From the NCBI GenBank assembly GCA_040954595.2, contig CM082593.2:9185200-9249199 (forward strand): a stretch of DNA of 64,000 bases, in the 5' to 3' direction. Positions 52,501 through 63,973 of the stretch are shown one piece after another; position 1 is the stretch's first letter, and each line of letters begins with the position of its first letter. Source of the DNA: Balanoglossus misakiensis. Its lineage: Eukaryota > Animalia > Hemichordata. Under the pieces are notes generated by a model that did not search any database, was not told the DNA's origin, and saw nothing but the letters and a program-made list of their open reading frames with translations. Made by a program: the position numbers and the translations under genes.

Positions 52501-55500
52501 GAATATGATTCTTTGCATCAGGGTAAATGGCGTAGCAAGCTTTATGATGCATCAGGGTAGATAGTGATGCAAACACTTCACTTTGACATGGGTATTAAAT
52601 GCATATGGGGATTTCAGGTTGTTGAAAAATCTGTGGGTTAATACGTGTCGAAAAGCACTGTACTTTGACATTGCTAATGCAATGATGACATTGAATCTGA
52701 TTCTTTGCATCAGGGTAAATGGCGTAGCAAGCTTTATGATGCATCAGGGTAGATAGTGATGCAAACACTTCACTTTGACATGGGTATTAAATGCATATGG
52801 GGATTTCAGGTTGTTGAAAAATCTGTGGGTTAATACGTGGCTGAAAGCACTGTACTTTGACATTGCATATGCAATGGTGACATTGAATGGGATTCTTTGC
52901 ATTAGGGCAAATGGCGAAGCAAACTCAATGATGCATCAGAGTAGATGGTGATGCAAACTCTGCACTTTCACATGGGTATTTAATGTTAAATGTAAATCCA
53001 TAGGTTAATACCTGGCCAAAAGCACTCTAATTTGACATTGCTTATGCAACGATGACATTGAATCTGATTCTTTGCATCAGGGCAAATGGCGAAGCAAGGT
53101 TGATGATGCATCAGGGTAGATAGTGATGCAATCACTTCACTTTGACATGGGTATTAAATGCATATGGGGATTTCAAGTTGATGATAAATCTCTGGGTTAA
53201 TACGTGTCCAAAAGCACTGTACTTTGACATTGCTAATGTAACGATGACATTGAATCTGATTCTTTGCACCAGGGTAAATGGCGTAGCAAGCTTTATGATG
53301 CATCAGGGTAGATAGTGTTGCAAACACTTCACTTTGACATGGGTATTAAATGCATATGGGGATTTCAGGTTGTTGAAAAATCTGTGGGTTAATACGTGTC
53401 GAAAAGCACTGTACTTTGACATTGCTAATGCAATGATGACATTGAATCTGATTCTTTGCATCAGGGTAAATGGCGTAGCAAGCTTTATGATGCATCAGGG
53501 TAGATAGTGATGCAAACACTTCACTTTGACATGGGTATAAAATGCCTACAGGGGAATTTAAAGTTGTCTGTAAATCCCTGGGTTAATACGTGTCCAAAAG
53601 CACTGTACTTTGACATTGCTAATGCAACGATGACATTGAATCTTATTCTTTGCATCAGGGTAAATGGCGAAGCAAGGTTGATGATGCATCAGGGTAGATA
53701 TTGATGCAAGCTCTGCACTTTGACATGGGTATAAAATGCCTACAGGGGGATTTAAAGTTGTCTGTAAATCCCTGGGTTAATACGTGGCGGATAGCACTGT
53801 ACTTTGACATTGCATATGCAATGGTGACATTGAATGGGATTCTTTGCATTAGGGCAAATGGCGAAGCAAGCTCAATGATGCATCAGAGTAGATGGTGATG
53901 CAAACTCTGCACTTTCACATGGGTATTTAATGTTAAATGTAAATCCATAGGTTAATACGTGGCCAAAAGCACTCTAATTTGACATTGCTAATGGAACGAT
54001 GACATTGAATCTGATTCTTTGTATCAGGGCAAATGGCGAAGCAAGGTTGATGATGCATCAGGGTAGATAGTGATGCAATCACTTCACTTTGACATTGGTA
54101 TTAAATGCATATGGCGATTTCAAATTGATGATAAATCCCTGGGTTAATACGTGGCCAAAAGCACTCTAATTTGACATTGCTAATGGAACGATAACATTGA
54201 ATCTGATTCTTTGCATCAGGGTAAATGGCGAAGCAAGGTTGATGATGCATCAGGGTAGATAGTGATGCAATCACTTCACTTTGACATTGGTATTAAATGC
54301 ATATGGGGATTTCAAGTTGATGATAAATCCCTGGGTTAATACGTGTCCAAAAGCACTGTACTTTGACATTGCTAATGCAACGATGACATTGAATCTGATT
54401 CTTTGCATCAGGGTAAATGGTGTAGCAAGCTTTATGACGCATCAGGGTAGATAGTGATGCATACACTTCACTTTGACATGGGTATAAAATGCCTACAGGG
54501 GGATTTAAAGTTGTCTGTAAATCCCTGGGTTAATACGTGTCCAAAAACACTGTACTTTGACATTGCTAATGCAGCGATGACATTGAATCAGATTCTTTGC
54601 ATCAGGGTAAATGGCGAAGCAAGGTTGATGATGCATCAGGGTAGATAGTGATGCAAGCTCTGCACTTTGACATGGGTATAAAATGCCTACAGGGGGATTT
54701 AAAGTTGTCTGTAAATCCCTGGGTTAATACGTGGCTGAAAGCACTGTACTTTGACATTGCATATGCAATGGTGACATTGAATGGGATTCTTTGCATTAGG
54801 GCAAATGGCGAAGCAAGCTCAATGATGCATCAGAGTAGATGGTGATGCAAACTCTGCACTTTCACATGGGTATTTAATGTTAAATGTAAATCCATAGGTT
54901 AATACGTGGCCAAAAGCACTCTAATTTGACATTGCTAATGGAACGATGACATTGAATCTGATTCTTTGCATCAGGGCAAATGGCGAAGCAAGGTTGATGA
55001 TGCATCAGGGTAGATAGTGATGCAATCACTTCACTTTGACATTGGTATTAAATGCATATGGGGATTTCAATTTGAATATAAATCCCTGGGTTAATACGTG
55101 TCCAAAAGCACTGTACTTTGACATTGCTAATGCAACGATGACATTGAATCTGATTCTTTGCATCAGGGTAAATGGCGTAGCAAGCTTTATGATGCATCAG
55201 GGTAGATAGTGATGCAAACACTTCACTTTGTCATGGGTATTAAATGCATATGGGGATTTCAGGTTGTTGAAAAATCTGTGGGTTAATACGTGTCCAAAAG
55301 CACTGTACTTTGACATTGCTAATGCAACGATGACATTGAATCTGATTCTTTGCATCAGGGTAAATGGCGTAGCAAGCTTTATGACGCATCAGGGTAGATA
55401 GTGATGCAAACACTTCACTTTGACATGGGTATATAAAGCATACAGGGGGATTTAAAGTTGTCTGTAAATCCCTGGGTTAATACGTGTCCAAAAACACTGT

Positions 55501-57444
55501 ACTTTGACATTGCTAATGCAGCGATGACATTGAATCTGATTCTTTGCATCAGGGTAAATGGCAAAGCAAGGTTGATGATGCATCAGGGTAGATAGTGATG
55601 CAAGCTCTGCACTTTGACATGGGTATAAAATGCCTACAGGGGGATTTAAAGTTGTCTGTAAATCCCTGGGTTAATACGTGGCTGAAAGCACTGTACTTTG
55701 ACATTGCATATGCAATGGTGACATTGAATGGGATTCTTTGCATTAGGGCAAATGGCGAAGCAAGCTCAATGATGCATCAGAGTAGATGGTGATGCAAACT
55801 CTGCACTTTCACATGGGTATTTAATGTTAAATGTAAATCCATAGGTTAATACGTGGCCAAAAGCACTCTAATTTGACATTGCTAATGCAACGATGACATT
55901 GAATCTGATTCTTTGCATCAGGGCAAATGGCGAAGCAAGGTTGATGATGCATCAGGATAGATAGTGATGCAATCACTTCACTTTGACATGGGTATTAAAT
56001 GCATATGGGGATGTCAAGTTGATGATAAATCCCTGGGTTAATACGTGTCCAAAAGCACTGTACTTTGACATTGCTAATGTAACGATGACATTGAATCTGA
56101 TTCTTTGCATCAGGGTAAATGGCGTAGCAAGCTTTATGATGCATCAGGGTAGATAGTGATGCAAACACTTCACTTTGACATGGGTATTAAATGTATATGG
56201 GGATTTCAGGTTGTTGAAAAATCTGTGGGTTAATACGTGTCGAAAAGCACTGTACTTTGACATTGCTAATGCAATGATGACATTGAATCTGATTCTTTGC
56301 ATCAGGGTAAATGGCGTAGCAAGCTTTATGATGCATCAGGGTAGATAGTGATGCAAACACTTCACTTTGACATGGGTATAAAATGCCTACAGGGGGATTT
56401 AAAGTTGTCTGTAAATCCCTGGGTTAATACGTGTCCAAAAGCACTGTACTTTGACATTGCTAATGCAACGATGACATTGAATCTGATTCTTTGCATCAGG
56501 GTAAATGGCGAAGCAAGGTTGATGATGCATCAGGGTAGATAGTGATGCAAGCTCTGCACTTTGACATGGGTATAAAATGCCTACAGGGGGATTTAAAGTT
56601 GTCTGTAAATCCCTGGGTTAATACGTGGCGGAAAGCACTGTACTTTGACATTGCATATGCAATGGTGACATTGAATGGGATTCTTTGCATTAGGGCAAAT
56701 GGCGAAGCAAGCTCAATGATGCATCAGAGTAGATGGTGATGCAAACTCTGCACTTTCACATGGGTATTTAATGTTAAATGTAAATCCATAGGTTAATACG
56801 TGGCCAAAAGCACTCTAATTTGACATTGCTAATGCAACGATGACATTGAATCTGATTCTTTGCATCTGGGCAAATGGCGAAGCAAGGTTGATGATGCATC
56901 AGGGTAGATAGTGATGCAATCACTTCACTTTGACATGGGTATTAAATGCATATGGGGATTTCAAGTTGATGATAAATCCCTGGGTTAATACGTGTCCAAA
57001 AGCACTGTACTTTGACATTGCTAATGTAACGATGACATTGAATCTGATTCTTTGCATCAGGGTAAATGGCGTAGCAATTAAGCTTTATGATGCATCAGGT
57101 CAGATAGTGATGCAAACACTTCACTTTGACATGGGTATTAAATGCATATGGGGATTTCAGGTTGTTGAAAAATCTGTGGGTTAATACGTGTCGAAAAGCA
57201 CTGTACTTTGACATTGCTAATGCAATGATGACATTGAATCTGATTCTTTGCATCAGGGTAAATGGCGTAGCAAGCTTTATGATGCATCAGGGTAGATAGT
57301 GATGCAAACACTTCACTTTGACATGGGTATAAGATGCCTACAGGGGGATTTAAAGTTGTCTGTAAATTCCTGGGTTAATACGTGTCCAAAAGCACTGTAC
57401 TTTGACATTGCTAATGCAACGATGACATTGAATCTGATTCTTTG
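49567..57444. repeat. Satellite DNA, ~41 monomers of 175-194 bp in a 947-bp pentameric higher-order repeat
   Basis: Monomer starts at 50111, 50305, 50499, 50674, 50866 and 51058 give 194+194+175+192+192=947. The ORF track recurs at 53507, 54454 and 56348. Confidence 0.97.
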
Positions 57445-58475
57445 TGTAACGCAGATATATTGGACACGGACACAGCTGGATCCAATGCACGTTCTTTTTA
57501 TTTCCGACTCCGCAGGGGGAATAGACACAAGCGTTGGATTGTTTACACTATGGGTTTTTAAGAAAGACAAAAACACCTGAAGCAAAACAGAAGGAAAATC
57601 TGTATCAAAACCACTGTATCACAGAGCAGCATGTAGAGCGTGGCTTATTGTGAAACACTAACACACTGTGATATCAAGTCTCATAAATGGGAAATTACAA
57701 TACAAGTCAAACATCAAGGAGATGCACTTTCCGGACAGGGAATGGGCAGGGCGCCCTCATGAGTCAGGTAGCGGTATATGACAATGCATAATAAACCCAT
57801 GTATAAGCATACAGAAATCGTTTCCACTGTAAAATACTTCAAATACAATCATGAAAATACATTTCACTGAAAGACAAACTCACCCCGACTGTGATAGGTA
57901 AGTCTTCAGAATAACAGCAACTCGTCTGAATCAACCATCTATCTCACCTAAGATCGTACAGTAAATGCAGTGTAAAGCACGGACACTTGCAATGACAGTA
58001 CAAACTGCATAGCGTTTGTATAGAACTTTAACTCTATCAAAAACGATATAAACTCAGAACTGTGAATACTCTGAATTCATCAAGAGTGTCTCGAATCGAT
58101 CAATAACGGTAAACAGCGAAATCGTCTCAAACATTAAACTGGGAAAGTTTGAATGTTTCATAATCGGCGATCATAGAAATGCACATCGTCTATGGACGCT
58201 ATGTATAAGAATAGAGGAAAATTCAACAGTGTACAGAAAACTGTTAATAACTCTGGAAATCATCGGAGATAACTCACAAAAGGTATATCAGACTCAAGAT
58301 AAACATCTTACCAATGATATCTGCTATTTGATTAAACTCTGATGGCATCTGACCACGGTGGATGGCTCAGATAGGAAAGTAAAAGATGGAGCTTCAACTC
58401 CAATAGAAATCAAAATGGCGGCTGAACACATGGAAAACAAATGCGCATGCGCGTGTATGTTTTGCACACGTCACA
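57445..58475 (-). repeat. 3' LTR (1031 bp)
   Basis: Ends TGTAACG...CGTCACA (TG..CA, 6/7 IR). Minus-strand AATAAA at 57497-57502; directly preceded (minus strand) by the PPT. Confidence 0.9.
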
Positions 58476-58488
58476 CACTTCCCTGCTT
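58476..58488 (-). promoter_or_regulatory. Polypurine tract
   Basis: Minus strand AAGCAGGGAAGTG directly upstream of the TGTGACG LTR start. Confidence 0.85.
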
Positions 58489-58520
58489 GACGGTTGGTGT
58501 CTCAACAACCAAGCAAAAAG

Positions 58521-61500
58521 CTATGTGCTAATCACATTAGTTTGAGATAACATCTGCATAATCAAGAGATTCGACTGTGCTACAGTTTGGTTTGACTGCG
58601 CTAAACTTTGGTTCGACTGTACTATACTAGTCAACATCTGTGGGTCAACCTGAAATGCAACAGTAGTTTCTCTTACAACAGATTTGGGTAAGTGAAAGGG
58701 GTTGGAATGACATCCGGCATTCTCTCGACTCGAACGGCGAAGTCCGTTGGTGTCTTCCTCTGTCGCTGACGAGGGTTCTGGATTCTGCTTGACATCCGAC
58801 TCGTCTGTGAGGTTCTTCTCCAGTTCTTCAGTACCAGACGGTGCAGAGCGGCGAGTATTCATGTCAAAGGGTTGCTGCTTCCCTGCTTTGAATGAAGTAC
58901 TAGGCTGGCTACTGACAACAGGAACTGTAGGAACACTGGCTGTAACCACTTCCTTTCCTGGATTCTCCATCTGATCAGGTACTACTTCTGGTGATGTGGA
59001 ACGTAACTGCTCCCAGCGTTTACTATCAACGCCATAGTCAAAATTATCATCAAATTCACATGAATCATCTGATTCACTACAGGACGTGTCTTCAGACTTT
59101 GCCACATCGGTAGGAGTATCGTTGAGTTCCATGTCTTTCACAAGGGTTCTGGAATCTAACATCTCCCTACGATGAACAGTCTTCTTTGGTTGTCCTCCGT
59201 CGGTGGGCTCAACTACATAGGTATGTCCTCCTGTGTCGAGTCGATCTACCACTATATATGGTTCTGGGCTCCACACATCTTGTATTTTGTTGCGACCTTT
59301 CGTATTTCTATTCCGCAGAAATACTCTAGCTCCAACAGGTAAGTCTGTGTTATCAGCTTTTCGGTCATTTCTGGCTCTCCTCCTCAGGGCTTCGTGCTCC
59401 GTCTTCTTTGAGGCCATATCATATGCGTCCATCAACTTCCGGTGATGTTCAGCAATCCATTCTTCCACCTGACAAACATCTTCGTCCTCCACTTCATTTC
59501 CTAGCAGATGATCGACGGGGAGTACTGGTTCTCTACCAAAGAATAAGTAGTGGGGTGAATAACCAGTGGACGAATGGGGTGTGCTGTTATACGCATATAC
59601 TAGTTCTGGCAATAGTTCGGGCCATTTACGCTTCTTCTCAGGGGGTAACGTGCGCAAACGGTCATGCATTGTGCGGTTGTATCTCTCACACTGGCCGTTG
59701 CCCTCTGGGTGATATGCTGTCGTGCGACTCTTCGTGATACCATACACTTTGCAGAGTTCACTGATGAGCTTGCTCTCGAAGTTACGGCCTTGGTCGCTGT
59801 GTATTCTACGTGGCACTCCAAAACGCACAAACCAGTCACGAACCAAGACTCGCGCTACCGTTGTCGCTTTCTGGTCTCGCGTAGGGATGGCTTGGGTGAA
59901 CTTTGTAAATACATCGGTAAGTACAAGAACGTTCTCGATACCATTGGTACCGGGTTCTAAAACAGTATAGTCAATAGCCAGTACCTCCAAAGGCTTTGTA
60001 GCGATGAGGGATCCCATGGTGGGTTGAAGCCTCTTCCCTGCCTTGGCTAAGATACAGCGTTTACATCTTTGGCAATAATCGGTAACATCAGAGATCATGG
60101 CGGGCCAGTAACACCTGCTTCGAAGAAGGGCAGTCGTCTTCTCGATGGCTTGGTGTCCCACCTGGTCGTGCACAGCAAACAGTACTTTGCTCTTGAGTGA
60201 GTCAGGGAGTAGTAGCTGCTTCACTTCACGTCCAGCCTCATGTACAATGCGGTACAAAACACCATCATCTTCTCTGATTCTCTTCCAATTCCGGAGTAGT
60301 TTACGTGAGGGTTTCGTCTCCTTCATCAACTGTCTTGTTGTGGGCGGGTGCTTGTTCTCCCAAAAGTACCATAGTCTACCTATGTCGTCATCGGCTCTCT
60401 GTAGTTTCGCAAGTTCGTCCCTGGGGATCATGGGGAATGTAGAGATCGTTTTCGGCTCTACCTTGGCGGATCTCGTGCGCATCTCATCAAGCAACACATC
60501 CATAGTTGTGTGATGTACTTGTCGGCGGACAGCATCTGGCAGGGGTTGGGGCAATCTGGTGTCAGCAGTGCGGCTGATCAGTGATTCGCTCGTCGTCTCC
60601 TCCAACCTGACGGATTTTGGTTCCTCACCATGGCTTACCTTCCTACTCAGCGCATCAGCGTTTCTGTTGCTTTTACCAGAACGGTACTTTATGGTAAATG
60701 TGAATTGTGCGAGTTCGGCGGCCCATCGTGTTTCGGTGGCCCCTAGTTTGGCTGTGGACTGTAGGTAACTCAAGGGATTGTTATCTGTATATACCACAAA
60801 CTCGGATCCTATCAAGAGGTCTCGGTACTTCTGGGTTATTGCCCATTTCAGCGCCAATAACTCCAACTTCATACTAGAGTAGTTATTCATGTTTCGTTCA
60901 TTAGGCTTTAGACTCCGGCTGGCGTACCCAAGGACAATAACTTTGCCGTCTTGCTTCTGAGAGAGTACAGCGCCCAAACCATGGAAACTCGCGTCCACTT
61001 CCAGTATAAAAGGTAAGTTGAAATCGGGGTAGCCCAATACTGGTGCCGTTGTCAGAACCTGTTTCAAAGTGTTAAAAGAATCTTCACACGACTGGTCCCA
61101 GCGGTCCCGGATCATACAATCCTTATGTTTCTTCTTGCTAGTTTTCACTTCAGTAGGGGGGTTCCTCAACAAATTCTGCAGGGGTGCTGCAATCCTGGCA
61201 TATCCGTTCACGAATCTCCTGTAGTATCCAGACAAACCTAAGAAACCACGCAGTTCTCGCTCAGTCTCCGGTCGAGGCCACTCCTGCACGGCGCGTACCT
61301 TCTCCGGATCAGGGCCTGTTCCCTCGCTGGTCACTAAGTGTCCTAAAAAGTGTACCTTGGTGTGGAATAGTTGACATTTCTCGGGCTTGACCATCAAGTT
61401 TAGGTTGGATAGTCGTGAAAGAACCATGTCGAGTCTAGCTAGCGTTTCCTGGAATGTAGATCCAAACACCAATATGTCGTCTAAGTAAATCAGGAGCGTT

Positions 61501-63050
61501 TGGAAATTCATGTCCCCAAAAGCTTTGTCCATCAACCTCATAAAGGTTGCCGGGGCGTTACACAAACCGAAGGGCATCCTCAAATACTCGTACAGTCCTC
61601 CTGTGCCAGTCCTGAATGCAGTCTTTTCTATATCTTCCTCGGCAACGGGGATCTGGTTAAACCCATGGGCAAGGTCCAGGCTGCAGAAATATCTGGCCCC
61701 TTTCAGCACGTCTAGCGCCTCGTCTATTCTCGGTAACGGGTATGCGTCTTTGTGAGTTTTCGCGTTAAGGGAACGGTAGTCAACGCAGAGTCTCAGCTTA
61801 CCACCTTTCTTTCGGACTAAAACGATGGGTGAGGCGTATGGGCTTGACGACTCGCGGATAATGCCCCTCTCCAACGAACGGCGAATATATTCTCTCACCT
61901 CACTCCACTGGTGTGGGGGTACTCGGCGATGTGGTACTTTGACTGGTCGGTCATCTATCGTCACAATTCTATGTCGCACAACATCGCAGAAGCCAATGTC
62001 GTCTTCATCTTTACTGAATATAGCCTCATGTTTGCGTATAATTTTATACAGCTCTTCATGATCAGCGTCACTGATGTCACCGACATCCATCCTAGAAATG
62101 AGGTCGTCTACGATGGGTGTCTTGAAGCCAGTAGTATCTGCTCTGACCTCTACTTCGTTCTCGTTCACAGTGCAAAACCGGATGAGTGGCTGCATCACTG
62201 CTGGTTTGATCACGCCAACTGGGGTGCGCGGCGGTAAGTATACATCAGTGTCACTGAAGTTCGCTAACTGTATAGGGACTCTACCGCTACTGTCCACAGA
62301 TACATACGCAGCTCCTATGGTTACACCGTTTTGTAGTTCTGCAACACGTGTTACATGTCTCTCAAGCAATCCATGATACGACTGTCCTGCACCAGCTGAC
62401 TGTACTGATCCTTCAACGATTCTGATAGATCGAGCAGGAAGTAATACGGGTTTCTTGCCAGCGATGCGGACGGGTCTCACACTTGAACTTGTAGTGGTCA
62501 TAACAGTTTCTTTGTGGACTGTTAAGGGCTTACACATTTCCAATGCGTAAAGTAGTTTGAGTTCGTCATGTCGGGCAAGTTTTGACATCTTGTCCATGTA
62601 GTTGACTCCATACTTGTCAATAAGTGTCTCTCTCATGTCTCGAAACACGTTGCAACCGATCACACCAGGCATTCTCATCTTGCGTGCCTCGACTGGGGTG
62701 TCGATGGGGTCGCGCACAACTAAAAAACCTAAACCTTGAAAAGTGTGGTCGAATACCGTAACAGGAAGTTCGACGTAACCGATGAAGGGAATTTCCAAGC
62801 CTTGCGATGCGGAGATCTGGATGAAGGAGGTGACGTCTACCAACTTTCCATCTCGAGCGAGGTGCTCTTTGAAGAAACTTTCGGTCACCGTAGACACTTC
62901 AGCGCCTGTGTCAACCAAGCATCCAGCGTCAGCATGTCCTAACTTCACAGCAACTTCAGGACAATCCCCGACAGCTTTACGTATAACTGAGCCTCCATCA
63001 ATCAATGCTTCGCCTACCACGCGGCTCACAGCGGCAGGCGGTCCACGTTT
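58521..63050 (-). CDS. pol: Pol polyprotein (protease, RT, RNase H, integrase), predicted to be reached by -1 frameshift from gag
   Basis: Uninterrupted 1502-aa ORF. Protease LVDTGA; RT LCVDYRSLN, DLAHGFNQI, MPFGLCNAPATF, YLDD; RNase H EVDASFHGLGAVL, YTDNNPL; integrase HDQVGH..CKRC, AIDY, HSDQGRNF, GNGQCERYNRT; GPY/F-like VWSPEPYIV. Confidence 0.98.
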   Translation of the reverse strand, partial: KRGPPAAVSRVVGEALIDGGSVIRKAVGDCPEVAVKLGHADAGCLVDTGAEVSTVTESFFKEHLARDGKLVDVTSFIQISASQGLEIPFIGYVELPVTVFDHTFQGLGFLVVRDPIDTPVEARKMRMPGVIGCNVFRDMRETLIDKYGVNYMDKMSKLARHDELKLLYALEMCKPLTVHKETVMTTTSSSVRPVRIAGKKPVLLPARSIRIVEGSVQSAGAGQSYHGLLERHVTRVAELQNGVTIGAAYVSVDSSGRVPIQLANFSDTDVYLPPRTPVGVIKPAVMQPLIRFCTVNENEVEVRADTTGFKTPIVDDLISRMDVGDISDADHEELYKIIRKHEAIFSKDEDDIGFCDVVRHRIVTIDDRPVKVPHRRVPPHQWSEVREYIRRSLERGIIRESSSPYASPIVLVRKKGGKLRLCVDYRSLNAKTHKDAYPLPRIDEALDVLKGARYFCSLDLAHGFNQIPVAEEDIEKTAFRTGTGGLYEYLRMPFGLCNAPATFMRLMDKAFGDMNFQTLLIYLDDILVFGSTFQETLARLDMVLSRLSNLNLMVKPEKCQLFHTKVHFLGHLVTSEGTGPDPEKVRAVQEWPRPETERELRGFLGLSGYYRRFVNGYARIAAPLQNLLRNPPTEVKTSKKKHKDCMIRDRWDQSCEDSFNTLKQVLTTAPVLGYPDFNLPFILEVDASFHGLGAVLSQKQDGKVIVLGYASRSLKPNERNMNNYSSMKLELLALKWAITQKYRDLLIGSEFVVYTDNNPLSYLQSTAKLGATETRWAAELAQFTFTIKYRSGKSNRNADALSRKVSHGEEPKSVRLEETTSESLISRTADTRLPQPLPDAVRRQVHHTTMDVLLDEMRTRSAKVEPKTISTFPMIPRDELAKLQRADDDIGRLWYFWENKHPPTTRQLMKETKPSRKLLRNWKRIREDDGVLYRIVHEAGREVKQLLLPDSLKSKVLFAVHDQVGHQAIEKTTALLRSRCYWPAMISDVTDYCQRCKRCILAKAGKRLQPTMGSLIATKPLEVLAIDYTVLEPGTNGIENVLVLTDVFTKFTQAIPTRDQKATTVARVLVRDWFVRFGVPRRIHSDQGRNFESKLISELCKVYGITKSRTTAYHPEGNGQCERYNRTMHDRLRTLPPEKKRKWPELLPELVYAYNSTPHSSTGYSPHYLFFGREPVLPVDHLLGNEVEDEDVCQVEEWIAEHHRKLMDAYDMASKKTEHEALRRRARNDRKADNTDLPVGARVFLRNRNTKGRNKIQDVWSPEPYIVVDRLDTGGHTYVVEPTDGGQPKKTVHRREMLDSRTLVKDMELNDTPTDVAKSEDTSCSESDDSCEFDDNFDYGVDSKRWEQLRSTSPEVVPDQMENPGKEVVTASVPTVPVVSSQPSTSFKAGKQQPFDMNTRRSAPSGTEELEKNLTDESDVKQNPEPSSATEEDTNGLRRSSRENAGCHSNPFHLPKSVVRETTVAFQVDPQMLTSIVQSNQSLAQSNQTVAQSNLLIMQMLSQTNVIST

Positions 63051-63053
63051 AAA
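62988..63053 (-). promoter_or_regulatory. -1 programmed ribosomal frameshift signal (U UUA AAC plus predicted H-type pseudoknot)
   Basis: Heptamer at 63053-63047 in the gag frame (GCT TTA AAC), 6-nt spacer, stem 1 CGCCUGCCGC/GUGGUAGGCG. Loop UGAGCC pairs with downstream GGCUCA. The -1 frame runs RGPPAAVSRVVGE into pol. Confidence 0.85.
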
Positions 63054-63973
63054 GCTTGGGACTTCTTTTCGGGTTTTGGCGGAGTTGTACGTTTGGACGA
63101 ACCACTGGGTGTCTTCCCTATTGGACAGTTTCTCCTCATGTGGTCCGTGGAATTACAATTCCAACAGTGACGTTTTCCGTCTTCAGCAACAGTCTGTCGC
63201 TTCACAGTGGGCGTTGAGGACCTGTCCTGAAGCGTGGAAAGGAGCGTTTCTATCTGCTTCTGTTGGGCAGCAATCTGTTCTCCTTGCTTCAAAACAAGAC
63301 TGTGTATGTCACTCTCTACTGCGGCTTCGCGGAGTATGGCGTCGCGTTTCGGTTTCGGGCATTTTCCCTTTTGTCCCATCAGCCGTATGATCTGGTCTCT
63401 CGCATCGAAAAACGAAAGGGCTGGCTGATCAGCGTTGAGTCTTCGCAACTCCATCTGCATGGACTCCTCACGCACTGCCTCGGCAAGGCGATTCTTCAGC
63501 TGAGTCTCTCGGCCAGGCTTGAATGAGGGGTCCAACTGTATGATGCGGTCATACAAGTTGACCAATTCAAGTGAACACGAAACAATGTCCTCAGCCTCCA
63601 GCTGCTTGTAGGAGTAAAACCGTTGCTGCAACTGTGGCAAATTGTCACCATCACCAAACACTCTGGACAGGACAGTGAAGATTTCTTGTGGGCTGGAAGT
63701 GACGTTTTCTCCCCTTCCAAGAATTTCACGGCGTGCCCTGCCAGCGAGGTGCTCTACGATGAATGCGGCTTGTTCGCTTTCTGCCAAATTCCTGGATAAC
63801 ATGATCGCTTTGGCATCTTCGATCCAATCATCGACAGAAAGTTCTGTAGAAGTCTCTGGTTTCCCTTTAAACCTATCGAGTTTCCTACCTGGCGCCATGT
63901 ACACCATTTTGCCTTGTGTACCACCGGCATCATTACTGTTTGTACTGTTGCTCACCCTGTCCTTGTCAATCAT
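63026..63973 (-). CDS. gag: Gag (capsid plus CCHC zinc knuckle)
   Basis: 315-aa ORF with capsid-like LDRFKG..VDDWIED..EHLAGRARREI and the nucleocapsid motif CWNCNSTDHMRRNC. Confidence 0.95.
   Translation of the reverse strand: MIDKDRVSNSTNSNDAGGTQGKMVYMAPGRKLDRFKGKPETSTELSVDDWIEDAKAIMLSRNLAESEQAAFIVEHLAGRARREILGRGENVTSSPQEIFTVLSRVFGDGDNLPQLQQRFYSYKQLEAEDIVSCSLELVNLYDRIIQLDPSFKPGRETQLKNRLAEAVREESMQMELRRLNADQPALSFFDARDQIIRLMGQKGKCPKPKRDAILREAAVESDIHSLVLKQGEQIAAQQKQIETLLSTLQDRSSTPTVKRQTVAEDGKRHCWNCNSTDHMRRNCPIGKTPSGSSKRTTPPKPEKKSQALNVDRLPL

Noticed and set aside
49567-57444. CRISPR-like regular periodicity
   Set aside because: Whole monomers repeat, there are no unique spacers, no cas genes, and the context is eukaryotic.
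49910-57585. Many 64-93-aa ORFs (MMQALHFDMGIKCLQGDL...)
   Set aside because: Stop-free frames of satellite monomers. Indels between monomer types (175/192/194 bp) break the frame, and there is no protein signature.
58747-63729. Plus-strand and alternate-frame ORFs overlapping gag/pol (up to 202 aa)
   Set aside because: Typical shadow ORFs of a GC-richer coding region, with no domain features.
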